Source: an uncultured Christensenella sp.
Lineage (GTDB): Bacteria; Bacillota; Clostridia; Christensenellales; UBA3700
DNA: 64,000 nucleotides
Direction: 5' to 3'
Assembly (NCBI GenBank): GCA_949284695.1
Contig: CASDWJ010000005.1
Location: forward strand, 9,463 to 73,462
The position numbers and the translations under genes are program-made. Every line of letters begins with the position of its first letter. The stretch's first letter is position 1. Below the pieces are notes generated by a model. The model was not told where the DNA came from. It ran no database searches and saw only the letters and a program-made list of their open reading frames with translations. Of the stretch, positions 1 through 8,366 are shown one piece after another.

Positions 1-732
1 CGCCGAGTAGAGCGAGGACACCGGCGCGGCGAGAGCGTCGACTATGCCGAAGTCTGTCAGCACGTCGGCTATCATGCTGAATATGGCGATGTATCCGCCG
101 ACCACGAAAAGGCTCGTCAGCGCGCTCGTCATAGATTTGCCGAGCAGGTCGTCGAAGTCGGGCGGCGTGCGCAGAAGCTCTGCGTATTCTTTCGCGTCCG
201 CTTTTTTTATTCTGTATATAAAACCGTTGAGGACTGCGCCCGCAAAGTGTACCGCGAGCAGGAGATAGCCGAAAGACGCGCTGCCGAACATCACAGTTCC
301 CACCGTGCCGACGACGAACAGAGGACCCGATGTAGACGTGAACGCGCTGACGGCTTTCGCCTGACGGCGGTCGATAACGCCCGCCGCATACATGTCGCTG
401 AGAAGTCTGCTTCCGACGGGATATCCGCTTATCGCGCTCATGAAAAACACGTATCCGCCCACGGAAGGGCAGTTGTAGAGTTTCGCGATAGGCTTTTTGA
501 GCGCGTCGCCGAGTATCTGCGCTGTGCCCACCGAAGTGAGTATCCTCGTGAAGAAAAAGAAGGGGAAAAGCGCGGGAGCAACGCTCGTCGCAAACAGTAC
601 GATACCGTTGTATACGCTCGCAATGTAACGCGCCGGGTCGATAACGAGACATATCACGAAAAATCCGACGGGTACCGCGATTGCGACGGCGAGTCGTCTT
701 TTGCGTCTGTCGAGAGCTTTTGTCAGATCCAT
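1..732 (-). CDS. ylbJ: Sporulation integral membrane protein YlbJ family. N-terminal 244 codons only; the C-terminus lies beyond the window start.
   Basis: Own minus-strand translation from the ATG at 732-730 gives MDLTKALDRRKRRLAVAIAVPVGFFVICLVIDPARYIASVYNGIVLFATSVAPALFPFFFFTRIL... The frame is open to position 1. It is absent from the ORF track because there is no stop in the window. The protein is polytopic and YlbJ-like, and it sits next to ylbM/tmcAL as in Bacillus. Confidence 0.65.
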   Translation of the reverse strand, partial: MDLTKALDRRKRRLAVAIAVPVGFFVICLVIDPARYIASVYNGIVLFATSVAPALFPFFFFTRILTSVGTAQILGDALKKPIAKLYNCPSVGGYVFFMSAISGYPVGSRLLSDMYAAGVIDRRQAKAVSAFTSTSGPLFVVGTVGTVMFGSASFGYLLLAVHFAGAVLNGFIYRIKKADAKEYAELLRTPPDFDDLLGKSMTSALTSLFVVGGYIAIFSMIADVLTDFGIVDALAAPVSSLYSA

Positions 733-807
733 ACAAGAATAGATATGTCCGCGCACGCGCAAAAAGAACGTCGCGTCGCCGCGGCGTGTTAAACACGGGG
801 CAAAGAG

Positions 808-1914
808 TTATTTTTTGAAAGGCAGAGGGTCGTCGTAAGAGTAGCGCGCGGAGCGGAACAACGCGTCGACGCGCGCCGTCACGGCAAAGTCCCCGGCAAA
901 AGGCGCTCTGGTACGGCGGGATACCGCGACGGGCAGATCGATCTCGGAGAGCACGTCCGCTTTTTCCTCGGCGACGGCGAGCAGATTGACGAAGTTCACG
1001 GGTTTTTCCGCGAGCTGACTGTGCGAGTAAGTGTTGTTGACCGCAACGTTGAGAGCGAGTCTTTTCACCCTTGCGCGGGTATAACGCTTTGCGGCGGCGA
1101 GAGAGCAGAAGCCCTCGTATGTCTCCGCTTGTCCGGCGGCGCGGGAAAGTCTGTTGCAGAGACCTTCGGCATCGTCGTAGATTCCGCTTCTTTTTCCCGA
1201 CGTCAGGATATAGCGCAGTACGGCATAGAATTTAGCGTCGTCGGTCGCGTGTTTTTCAAAGTCATTTATCACGAAAGGCGGCAACATTGAGGGGTCGGGA
1301 GAGACGCCGGTTTTTGACGCTTCGCGCAAAGCCGACGACGTCGGGTAGCCGTGAGGAGCTTTGTCGTCGGGCGAGTTGTCTCTCTTTATCGTGTAAGCGG
1401 AAATTTTCCTGCCCGTGTTGATTATCGCCCTGATATACTCCATACCGAGAGTGTTGTTCGGTTTGCCGAGCAGTGCGCTTTCTCCCGTTGCTTCCGCAAC
1501 TGCGGCGGGGTAGCCCGCGCCATTTTTCATCGCTTCTTTTATCTTTGCGTTGACTTCCTTGTCGTCAGTAAGCGCGGCGAGTCTTGCGAGCGCGTCCAAG
1601 TCGCCGCATTCGCTCCCGAACACGAGGACGGCGTCTCTTACGTTGTTGGCTATCTTTACGCCGCCGAGCGCGAACATCGGAGCGGCGGAAAGGGTGTATT
1701 CTGCGGGCAGTTCGACGACCGCGTCGGCTCCCGCGAGCACTGCATGGCGCGCACGGGTATATTTGTCGAGACAGGCGAGTTCTCCGCGCTGAACGGCGTT
1801 GCCGCTCATCACGCATATCACGTTTTCCGCGCCTGTCTCCCGCGCTTTGGCGAGCAGTTTCGCATGTCCGATATGAAGGGGATTGAATTCGCAGATCACG
1901 ACCGCGTTTTTCAT
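808..1914 (-). CDS. tmcAL: tRNA(Met) cytidine acetate ligase (TmcAL / YlbM, UPF0348 nucleotidyltransferase)
   Basis: 368-aa ORF. The N-terminus MKNAVVICEFNPLHIGHAKLL carries the nucleotidyltransferase HxGH motif and is typical of the YlbM family. Confidence 0.8.
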   Translation of the reverse strand: MKNAVVICEFNPLHIGHAKLLAKARETGAENVICVMSGNAVQRGELACLDKYTRARHAVLAGADAVVELPAEYTLSAAPMFALGGVKIANNVRDAVLVFGSECGDLDALARLAALTDDKEVNAKIKEAMKNGAGYPAAVAEATGESALLGKPNNTLGMEYIRAIINTGRKISAYTIKRDNSPDDKAPHGYPTSSALREASKTGVSPDPSMLPPFVINDFEKHATDDAKFYAVLRYILTSGKRSGIYDDAEGLCNRLSRAAGQAETYEGFCSLAAAKRYTRARVKRLALNVAVNNTYSHSQLAEKPVNFVNLLAVAEEKADVLSEIDLPVAVSRRTRAPFAGDFAVTARVDALFRSARYSYDDPLPFKK

Positions 1915-1943
1915 AAAAACTCTCTCCGACCGCCGTTTTTGCC

Positions 1944-1972
1944 TTTACAAAACCATTTTGCGGTAGTATAAT
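1944..1972 (+). promoter_or_regulatory. Sigma-A-type promoter of pta-ackA
   Basis: TTTACA (1944-1949), 17-nt spacer, TATAAT (1967-1972). Confidence 0.55.
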
Positions 1973-1993
1973 CAATTTGTAAATATATTGTAA

Positions 1994-2013
1994 TATATTT
2001 TCGCGAAAATATA
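1994..2013. promoter_or_regulatory. Perfect 20-bp inverted repeat TATATTTTCG/CGAAAATATA in the pta leader; candidate operator resembling a CodY box
   Basis: Read directly from the sequence. It lies between the predicted -10 and the GGGAGG SD of pta. The half-sites TATTTTC and GAAAATA resemble the CodY box AATTTTCWGAAAATT, but with a 2-nt centre. Confidence 0.4.
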
Positions 2014-2035
2014 AAGTGTTTGGGAGGTCTTTCAG

Positions 2036-3031
2036 GTGAACAAACTCATTTCTGCAATAATCGAAAAGGCAAAGGGTCTCAAAAAGACTATAGTTCTCGC
2101 CGAGGGCGAGGAGCCGCGCACCGTGGCGGCGGCGGAGATCATCTCCAAAAACGGCATTGCGAATATCGTGCTTCTCGGCGACAAGGACAAACTTGCGACG
2201 ATGTATCCCGGTATCGACCTGTCTCTCGTGAAGATCGTCAATCCTCTTACCGTTGATATCGAGGACTTTGCCAACGAGTTTTACGAGCTGCGCAAGGCAA
2301 AGGGCATGACGCTCGAAGAAGCGCGCGTCCAGATGAGAAAGAACCTCAACTTCGGCGCGATGATGACGAGAAAGGGGCTTGCCGACGGTATGGTGGCGGG
2401 CGCTATCAACTCAACGGGCAACGTGCTCCGTTCGGGTCTCACCATAGTCAAGACCAAACCGGGCATAAAGACGGTTTCAAGCTGTTTCATAATGTGCTTC
2501 GAGGGCACTCCGTACAAGGCGCAGGACGTCATGGTTTTCGGAGACTGCGCGGTCAATATCGACCCGACGGCGGAGCAGCTCGCGGATATAGCGATCTCCT
2601 CGGTCGGCTCTGCAAAGGCGCTTGCGGGCATAGAAGAACCCAAAGTCGCTATGCTTTCGTTCTCCACCAAGGGAAGCGCTAAGCACGAGAACGTAGACAA
2701 GGTCGTCAACGCGGTGTCCATAGTCAAGGAAAAAGCTCCCGAAATCAGCGTGGACGGCGAGCTTCAACTCGACGCGGCGATCGTACCCGCGGTCGCGATG
2801 CTCAAGGCTCCCGGCAGCGACGTCGCAGGCAAGGCGAACGTGCTTATTTTCCCCGATCTGCAGTCGGGCAATATCGGCTACAAGCTGACGCAGAGATTCA
2901 GCGGCGCGGACGCTATCGGACCTATCTGTCAGGGCTTTGCAAAACCCGTAAACGACCTTTCGAGAGGTTGCTCGTCCGACGACATCGTCGCAGTCGTAGC
3001 CATAACCGCCGTACAGGCGTCTCAGAACTGA
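2036..3031 (+). CDS. pta: Phosphate acetyltransferase
   Basis: 331 aa. [30 protein letters not shown]... is a typical Pta sequence. The GTG start lies 7 nt after GGGAGG. Confidence 0.95.
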   Translation: MNKLISAIIEKAKGLKKTIVLAEGEEPRTVAAAEIISKNGIANIVLLGDKDKLATMYPGIDLSLVKIVNPLTVDIEDFANEFYELRKAKGMTLEEARVQMRKNLNFGAMMTRKGLADGMVAGAINSTGNVLRSGLTIVKTKPGIKTVSSCFIMCFEGTPYKAQDVMVFGDCAVNIDPTAEQLADIAISSVGSAKALAGIEEPKVAMLSFSTKGSAKHENVDKVVNAVSIVKEKAPEISVDGELQLDAAIVPAVAMLKAPGSDVAGKANVLIFPDLQSGNIGYKLTQRFSGADAIGPICQGFAKPVNDLSRGCSSDDIVAVVAITAVQASQN

Positions 3032-3041
3032 GGAGGTAAGT

Positions 3042-4250
3042 ATGAAAGTTCTCGTAGTCAACGCAGGAAGTTCTTCACTCAAATATCAGGTCATAGAAAT
3101 GACCACGGAGACCTTGCTTTGCAAGGGCGGCATAGAGCGCATAGGCATTGAAGGCTCCAACCTGACGCAGGAGTCGGGCGGCAAGAAGTACAACGTAGCA
3201 AAGCCGCTTGCCAATCATACCGAAGGCTTCGACCTCCTTCTAAAATGCCTGACAGACAAATCGGTCGGCGGCGTGCTTGACGACATTTCCGAGATAGAGG
3301 CTGTCGGACACAGAGTGCTTCACACGGGCACAGACTTCGACGATTCTGTTCTCATCACCCCCGATGCGTTGAAGATACTTGAGAAAAACGCGTTCCTCGG
3401 ACCTCTGCATATGCCCGCGAATATTGCGTGCGTCAAGTCCTGCATGCAGGTGCTGCCCGGCGTGCCCAACGTCGCGGTATTCGACACCGCGTTCCACACG
3501 ACTATGCCTGATTACGCTTATATGTACGCTATCCCGTACGAGGATTATGAAAAATACAAGATCAGAAGATACGGCTTCCACGGCACTTCGCACAAGTTCG
3601 TCTCTCAGACCGCTAAAAAGTGGCTCGACGACAACGGCTTCGCAAGCGACAAGATCGTGACCTGCCACCTCGGCAACGGTTCTTCGATCACCGCAGTCAA
3701 GGACGGCAAGTGCATAGACACATCGATGGGTATGACTCCGCTCGAGGGAGTGCCGATGGGTACGAGAAGCGGCGATATAGACGCTTCGGTCGTAGAGTTC
3801 CTCTGCAACTTCAAGAAGATGACGGTGGGGCAGGTCATTACCTATCTCAACAAGCAGAGCGGCTTCCTCGGCGTCAGCGGCGTCAGCAGCGACTCGAGAA
3901 ACGTTCTCGGAGAAGCGCACAAGGGCAACGACCGTGCGCGTCTCACTGCAGATATGTTTGCGTATAAGGTCAAGAAGTATATCGGCTCGTACGCGGCGGC
4001 TCTCGGCGGACTGGACAGCATAGTCTTTACGGGCGGTATCGGCGAAAACAGCGACGAGATGAGAGCGGCGATACTCAAAGGTCTCGGGTTCCTCGGCGTT
4101 GAGATAGACGAGGCTGAAAACGAAAAGCACGAAAAGCCCCCCGTCAGAGAGATAAGCACCAAGGCTTCCAAGGTAAGAGTGCTTATAGTCCCGACCAACG
4201 AAGAACTGATGATCGCGAGAGATACGAAGCGCATCGTGTCGGGCAAATAA
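3042..4250 (+). CDS. ackA: Acetate kinase
   Basis: 402 aa. MKVLVVNAGSSSLKYQ and the later motifs (HLGNGSS, TGGIGENS) are characteristic of acetate kinase. Confidence 0.97.
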   Translation: MKVLVVNAGSSSLKYQVIEMTTETLLCKGGIERIGIEGSNLTQESGGKKYNVAKPLANHTEGFDLLLKCLTDKSVGGVLDDISEIEAVGHRVLHTGTDFDDSVLITPDALKILEKNAFLGPLHMPANIACVKSCMQVLPGVPNVAVFDTAFHTTMPDYAYMYAIPYEDYEKYKIRRYGFHGTSHKFVSQTAKKWLDDNGFASDKIVTCHLGNGSSITAVKDGKCIDTSMGMTPLEGVPMGTRSGDIDASVVEFLCNFKKMTVGQVITYLNKQSGFLGVSGVSSDSRNVLGEAHKGNDRARLTADMFAYKVKKYIGSYAAALGGLDSIVFTGGIGENSDEMRAAILKGLGFLGVEIDEAENEKHEKPPVREISTKASKVRVLIVPTNEELMIARDTKRIVSGK

Positions 4251-4285
4251 TTTTCCCTCGATACGAGAAAACTTGCGAAAAAAGT

Positions 4286-4314
4286 TTGACAAAACGAAAA
4301 GCAAAATATATAAT
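4286..4314 (+). promoter_or_regulatory. Consensus sigma-A promoter of rpmF
   Basis: TTGACA (4286-4291), 17 nt, TATAAT (4309-4314). Confidence 0.6.
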
Positions 4315-4357
4315 AGTGAAGCAATCACGTTAAAGAAACAAATGGAGGTGTGCGAAA

Positions 4358-4549
4358 ATGGCAGTACCTAAGGGAAAAACCTCAAAGGCAAGAAAGCATT
4401 CCAGATCCGCTAATTGGAAGATCGAAGCTCCGACTATGGTCGAGTGCTCACATTGCCACGAGCTGAAGCAAAGTCACAGGGCTTGCGACAACTGCGGCTA
4501 TTACGACGGTAAAGAGATCGTCGCTCAGAAGCAGAAGAGCGAGAAGTAA
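4358..4549 (+). CDS. rpmF: 50S ribosomal protein L32
   Basis: 63 aa. MAVPKGKTSKARKHSR plus a CxxC...CxxC zinc ribbon. SD GGAGGTG lies upstream. Confidence 0.95.
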   Translation: MAVPKGKTSKARKHSRSANWKIEAPTMVECSHCHELKQSHRACDNCGYYDGKEIVAQKQKSEK

Positions 4550-4572
4550 TTCGTTTTATACGGCATTTTACG

Positions 4573-4600
4573 GGACGGATATTATATCCGTCCTTTTTTT
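4573..4600 (+). terminator. Rho-independent terminator after rpmF
   Basis: Stem GGACGGATA/TATCCGTCC with a 3-nt loop, followed by T7. Confidence 0.8.
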
Positions 4601-4812
4601 ATTTGTATTTACCTTTTATCTTTACCGCGCGGGCGCGTCGGCAATGCGGCATTACTAAATGCGACTTGCGATATGCGGACAAAAGCGGTATGAATCGCGG
4701 CAAAAAACGTCTCGAGCAGACAAAACGCATTTAAACGCAAATTCACGGAAGAGACTGAATGCGGAGTTTGCAATATAATCAAAACGCATAGTATGCCATA
4801 AAATATAAGTAT

Positions 4813-4841
4813 TAGACATCGTGTCGTGTCGGTGATATAAT
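4813..4841 (+). promoter_or_regulatory. Sigma-A promoter with extended -10, upstream of the CMD-cupin operon
   Basis: TAGACA (4813-4818), 17 nt, TGaTATAAT (-10 at 4836-4841). Confidence 0.5.
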
Positions 4842-4847
4842 AAAATT

Positions 4848-5017
4848 CAAGCGGAGGAAACGTATAAAAACACCCGTATTTACGGGCAATCTGACCGTGA
4901 AGGAGCTAAGATATTCTTGCCGCTTGTTTAAAAAAAGACGGAGACGGCGCTTCTAAGGAGACAGACGGGTATCGCAGACAGGCTCGCCGATCGCCGCGCT
5001 ACGCATTGGAGGTAAAT
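4848..5017 (+). promoter_or_regulatory. 5' leader of about 170 nt with nested hairpins; function unknown, possible cis-regulatory RNA
   Basis: A 7-bp closing stem CAAGCGG (4849-4855) / CCGCTTG (4920-4926) encloses the hairpin CCCGT-ATTT-ACGGG (4873-4886). I could not assign a known riboswitch class. Confidence 0.3.
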
Positions 5018-5779
5018 ATGGACAGAATAGAAAAAACGCGTGAAAAATTTGCGGAACTGTTCGGCGGCGCTCCCGTGCAGAATGAGGGCAGCGATCCCGA
5101 ATTTATGAGGATATTGCAGAGGTTTATTTTCGGAGAGGTGTGTTACGTCGGATCTCTCGACAACCGTATGCGAGAGCTGATCACGGTCACCGTGCTCGTT
5201 GTCAATCAGACTCTGCCGCAACTCAAGGCGCACGTCGGAGCGTGCCTCAACGTGGGGCTTTCTCCGCTCGAAATACGCGAAACGGTCTATCAATGCGCGC
5301 CGTTCATCGGTTTTCCCAAGACGCTCAACGCTATCGCCGCGATGAACGAGACATTCGAGGCGAGGGGCATAGCGTTGCCGCTCGAAAACGCGGAGACGGT
5401 ATCAGAATCGGAGCGTTGCGAAAAAGGAAGGGAAATACAGTCTCCTATTTACGGCGATGAAATCGCAGACCGCTACGCGTGGCTTCCCGCGGAGTTTGCA
5501 GAGAGTATACCCAAGTGGCTGACCGAGCTGTGTTTCGGCGATTTTTCTTCAAGAAAAGGTCTCGACGGAAAGACGAGAGAATTGCTCACCGTCGTAATGC
5601 TTGCGGCTATGGGCGGCGCGGACGTGCAGGTGCGCTCGCACGTCGAAGGCGCGATCAGAGCGGGAAATACGGCAGAGGATATAGTCTGCGCGCTCGCTCA
5701 CGCTCTGCCTTATGCGGGTTTTCCGAGGGCGTTCAACGCGTTGAACTGCGCAAAAGAAATTCTTGTCAAAGGAGAGTAA
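5018..5779 (+). CDS. Carboxymuconolactone decarboxylase (CMD/AhpD-like) family protein with two CMD repeats
   Basis: The ORF-track protein contains two CMD-type segments, ...RELITVTVLVVNQTLPQLKAHVGACLNVGLSPLEIRE... and ...RELLTVVMLAAMGGADVQVRSHVEGAIRAGNTAEDI... I place the start at ATG 5018, 5 nt after GGAGG. Confidence 0.8.
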   Translation: MDRIEKTREKFAELFGGAPVQNEGSDPEFMRILQRFIFGEVCYVGSLDNRMRELITVTVLVVNQTLPQLKAHVGACLNVGLSPLEIRETVYQCAPFIGFPKTLNAIAAMNETFEARGIALPLENAETVSESERCEKGREIQSPIYGDEIADRYAWLPAEFAESIPKWLTELCFGDFSSRKGLDGKTRELLTVVMLAAMGGADVQVRSHVEGAIRAGNTAEDIVCALAHALPYAGFPRAFNALNCAKEILVKGE

Positions 5780-5780
5780 T

Positions 5781-6206
5781 ATGAAACAAGAGGATTTCGA
5801 GATAAAAAACGTTTTCGGCAAAGGAACGGAAAATACGGCTTACGCCGCATATTTCACAGGTACGTCCTATCTCAATCCGTTGACTTCTGCGTCTTGCAAA
5901 CCGTTTTTCGCAAACGTGACTTTCGAGCCGCGTTGCCGCAATAACTGGCACGTGCACCGCGCGGATAAAGGCGGCGGGCAGATACTTCTCTGCGTCGCGG
6001 GCAACGGCTGGTATCAGGAATGGGGCAAACCCGCGCGCAGTCTCGCTCCCGGCGACGTGGTGGAGATCAAGGCGGGTGTGAAACATTGGCACGGGGCAAG
6101 CAAAGACAGCTGGTTTTCCCATATAGCCGTAGAAATGTCGGGAGAAAACGCCTCCAACGAGTGGCTCGAAGCGGTGTCTGACGAGGAATACGACGCATTG
6201 GACTGA
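5781..6206 (+). CDS. Cupin domain protein
   Basis: ...NVTFEPRCRNNWHVHRADKGGGQILLCVAGNGWYQEWG...GVKHWHGA... is a cupin motif pattern. I place the start at ATG 5781, after AAAGGAGAG. Confidence 0.75.
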   Translation: MKQEDFEIKNVFGKGTENTAYAAYFTGTSYLNPLTSASCKPFFANVTFEPRCRNNWHVHRADKGGGQILLCVAGNGWYQEWGKPARSLAPGDVVEIKAGVKHWHGASKDSWFSHIAVEMSGENASNEWLEAVSDEEYDALD

Positions 6207-6336
6207 CTTTCTGAGAACGCGCGCAGAGCAATCGTATAAAAAGAGCGCGCAGTAGATATCGTCGGTTGCGGGACAACGTTCTGTGACGATGAACGCTTCT
6301 GTGCGAGGGTGCTTGCAGGATACGCTATAAAAAGAT

Positions 6337-6365
6337 CCGTTGCCGTTTGCGGCAACGGTTTTTTT
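6337..6365 (+). terminator. Rho-independent terminator after the cupin gene
   Basis: CCGTTGCCG-TTTG-CGGCAACGG followed by T7. Confidence 0.8.
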
Positions 6366-6509
6366 ATGCGGCGTTTTCAACGTCTGAGACGTAAACGGCG
6401 GCACAGATGACAAAGGGAGAATCGGTGCGGCTCTGTGTCGGTCGTTGCCGCGCGGAACGCTCTTGTCTGCGAAAAACGCGGGCAGGGTCACGGATAGTAG
6501 ATATTTGTG

Positions 6510-6539
6510 TTGCCAAAAGAGGATAATATATTATATAAT
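6510..6539 (+). promoter_or_regulatory. Candidate sigma-A promoter of plsX
   Basis: TTGCCA (6510-6515), 18 nt, TATAAT (6534-6539). Confidence 0.4.
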
Positions 6540-6603
6540 ATATACAGTCCGTATTATCGGCGCACGCGCGCGGTAGCGGACAAACTCTTGCGGAGAGGTA
6601 ATT

Positions 6604-7599
6604 ATGAAAGTTTTGGTAGATTGTCACGGCGCGGACGCAGGCATATCCGTCGCGGTAGAGGGCGCGCTGTCTGCGCTCGAAAAGAAACGCACGTTGCAAG
6701 TCGTGCTCTGCGGAAAGACAGAGGAAATAGAAAAAGTTCTCGCGGGTAAGACCTACGATAAAGGAAGGCTGACAGTCGTTGCGGCGGGAGAGTCTATCAC
6801 CAACTACGATTCCCCCGCGCTTGCGATAAGGAGAAAAAAGGACAGCTCGATGGTGCTCGGACTGCGCGCACTCGCGGCGGGTGAAGCCGACGCCATGGTC
6901 AGCGCGGGCAACACGGGGTCGCTCCTCGTCGGTACGCAGGTGATAGTAAAACTCACCGCGGGTGTTACGCGCGCCACTCTCGCGTCGGTAGTGCCGACGG
7001 TCAGGGGCACGCATACGATCATTGCCGACAGCGGCGCAAACGTGGATTGCCGCAGCGAAATGCTCAAGGAATTTGCGGTCATGGGCGACGTGTATATGAG
7101 AAACATCTTCGGGATAGAGAGACCTTCTGTGGGGCTTCTCAGCAACGGCGCGGAGGAGGAAAAAGGCACTGAGGCGATCAAGGAAGCGCACAAGCTCCTC
7201 AAGGAGAGCGGTCTCAACTTCGTCGGCAACGTAGAGGCGAGAGACGTGCTGACGGGCGCGGTCGACGTGCTGGTCGCAGACGGCTTTGCGGGCAACGTCG
7301 CTATCAAAGCGTGCGAGGGCATGGGCAAGTCTATGTTCGCGTTGATAAAAGAGGGCATAATGAATGGCGGTCTCAAGGCGAAAATAGGTTTTCTGCTTCT
7401 CAAAGGCGTGTTCAGAGACGTCAAGAGGCGCGTTTCGTCCGACGAGGTGGGCGGAGGCATATTCCTCGGAGCCAACAAGATAGTGATAAAGACGCACGGC
7501 GCGTCCAGCGCGGTCAGCTTTGAAAAGAGTATACTCAACGCGGACACGCTTGCCGAAAAAGACGTGGTCGGACAGATCGCGGAAGGATTGAAAAAGTAA
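6604..7599 (+). CDS. plsX: Phosphate acyltransferase PlsX
   Basis: 331 aa. MKVLVDCHGADAG...DAMVSAGNTGSLLV... is PlsX-typical. Confidence 0.95.
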   Translation: MKVLVDCHGADAGISVAVEGALSALEKKRTLQVVLCGKTEEIEKVLAGKTYDKGRLTVVAAGESITNYDSPALAIRRKKDSSMVLGLRALAAGEADAMVSAGNTGSLLVGTQVIVKLTAGVTRATLASVVPTVRGTHTIIADSGANVDCRSEMLKEFAVMGDVYMRNIFGIERPSVGLLSNGAEEEKGTEAIKEAHKLLKESGLNFVGNVEARDVLTGAVDVLVADGFAGNVAIKACEGMGKSMFALIKEGIMNGGLKAKIGFLLLKGVFRDVKRRVSSDEVGGGIFLGANKIVIKTHGASSAVSFEKSILNADTLAEKDVVGQIAEGLKK

Positions 7600-8250
7600 A
7601 TGCAGAGACTTGGCGACCTGCAAAAGACGCTGGGACACGTCTTTGCCGACGAGAGCCTTCTCGTCACCGCGCTGACTCATCCGACCTACGCCAACGAGCA
7701 CAGGACGGAGAGTTATCAGAGGCTGGAATATCTTGGCGACGCGATACTCGATTTTCTCGTCGCGGAAGACCTTTTCGCACGTTTTCCCGGTGCGGACGAG
7801 GGAGTGCTGACAAAAAAGAGGATAGCCGCCGTATCGGCGACTCCGCTTGAGAAAAAGGCAAGAGAACTCGGGCTCGGGAAGTATATCAGAGTCGCGCCTC
7901 ACGTGAATACGGACAGCGCGCTCGGCGACGTATTCGAAGCGCTGATCGCCGCGCTTTATCTGGACGGCGGCATGGAATGCGCAAAGAGATTCGTCCTTTC
8001 TTCGCTTGAAGAGTTTCTCGACGCAAAGGCGGGCGCGAGGGATTACAAGTCGAGGCTCAACGAGGCTCTGCCTCAGGCGAAGATAGCTTACAGGGAGATA
8101 AGCCGCTCGGGTCCCGCGCACGATCCGATATTCGTGATAGAGCTGGAGATAGACGGCAAAAGCGTTGCGACCGCGGAGGCGGAAAGCAAGAAAAAGGCGG
8201 AGCAGAAGTGCGCCTGCATCGCGCTGAAAGCATTGAAAAACGGCATTTAA
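7600..8250 (+). CDS. rnc: Ribonuclease III
   Basis: 216 aa. It has the RNase III signature QRLEYLGDAILD and a C-terminal dsRBD. The ATG directly abuts the plsX stop (TAAATG). Confidence 0.93.
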   Translation: MQRLGDLQKTLGHVFADESLLVTALTHPTYANEHRTESYQRLEYLGDAILDFLVAEDLFARFPGADEGVLTKKRIAAVSATPLEKKARELGLGKYIRVAPHVNTDSALGDVFEALIAALYLDGGMECAKRFVLSSLEEFLDAKAGARDYKSRLNEALPQAKIAYREISRSGPAHDPIFVIELEIDGKSVATAEAESKKKAEQKCACIALKALKNGI

Positions 8251-8295
8251 TGCGAAAATACGGCAAAACGCATAAAATCAACGGTGATTTTTGAG

Positions 8296-8324
8296 TTGCC
8301 GAAACGCCGCGAAGGTGGTATAAT
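8296..8324 (+). promoter_or_regulatory. Sigma-A promoter with extended -10, upstream of smc
   Basis: TTGCCG (8296-8301), 17 nt, TGgTATAAT (-10 at 8319-8324). Confidence 0.55.
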
Positions 8325-8340
8325 ATAAAATATTCTGTTT

Positions 8341-8356
8341 GACGGGAAGTCCCGTC
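8341..8356 (+). other. Small 5'-UTR hairpin in the smc leader
   Basis: GACGGG-AAGT-CCCGTC lies between the predicted -10 and the start codon. No U-tract follows. Confidence 0.3.
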
Positions 8357-8366
8357 GGGAAGGCTT

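Noticed and set aside
4851-4915. Partial resemblance of the CMD-operon leader to a glycine riboswitch core: GGAGG...ACCGTGAAGGAGCTAAG compared with GGAGAG...CCGAAGGAGCAA.
   Set aside because: There is an extra nucleotide in the conserved CCGAAGG box. There is no matching P3 hairpin or the CTCAGGCAAAAGGAC-type 3' segment. The downstream genes (CMD, cupin) are unrelated to glycine metabolism.
6364-8121. Very long minus-strand ORFs antisense to conserved genes. Examples are 6364-8121 (585 aa), 8373-9848, 10818-12908 (696 aa), 25013-26347, 29528-30886, 39214-40713, 50216-52192 (658 aa), 52107-54110 (667 aa) and 60364-62640 (758 aa).
   Set aside because: Each lies exactly opposite an unmistakable housekeeping gene (plsX/rnc, smc, ftsY, topA, hisS, aminotransferase/lepA, pepF, dnaB, ppdK). 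Their translations are Arg/Val/Leu/Phe/His-rich with no recognisable motifs. Their openness is explained by the sense genes rarely using TTA, CTA and TCA, whose reverse complements are stop codons.
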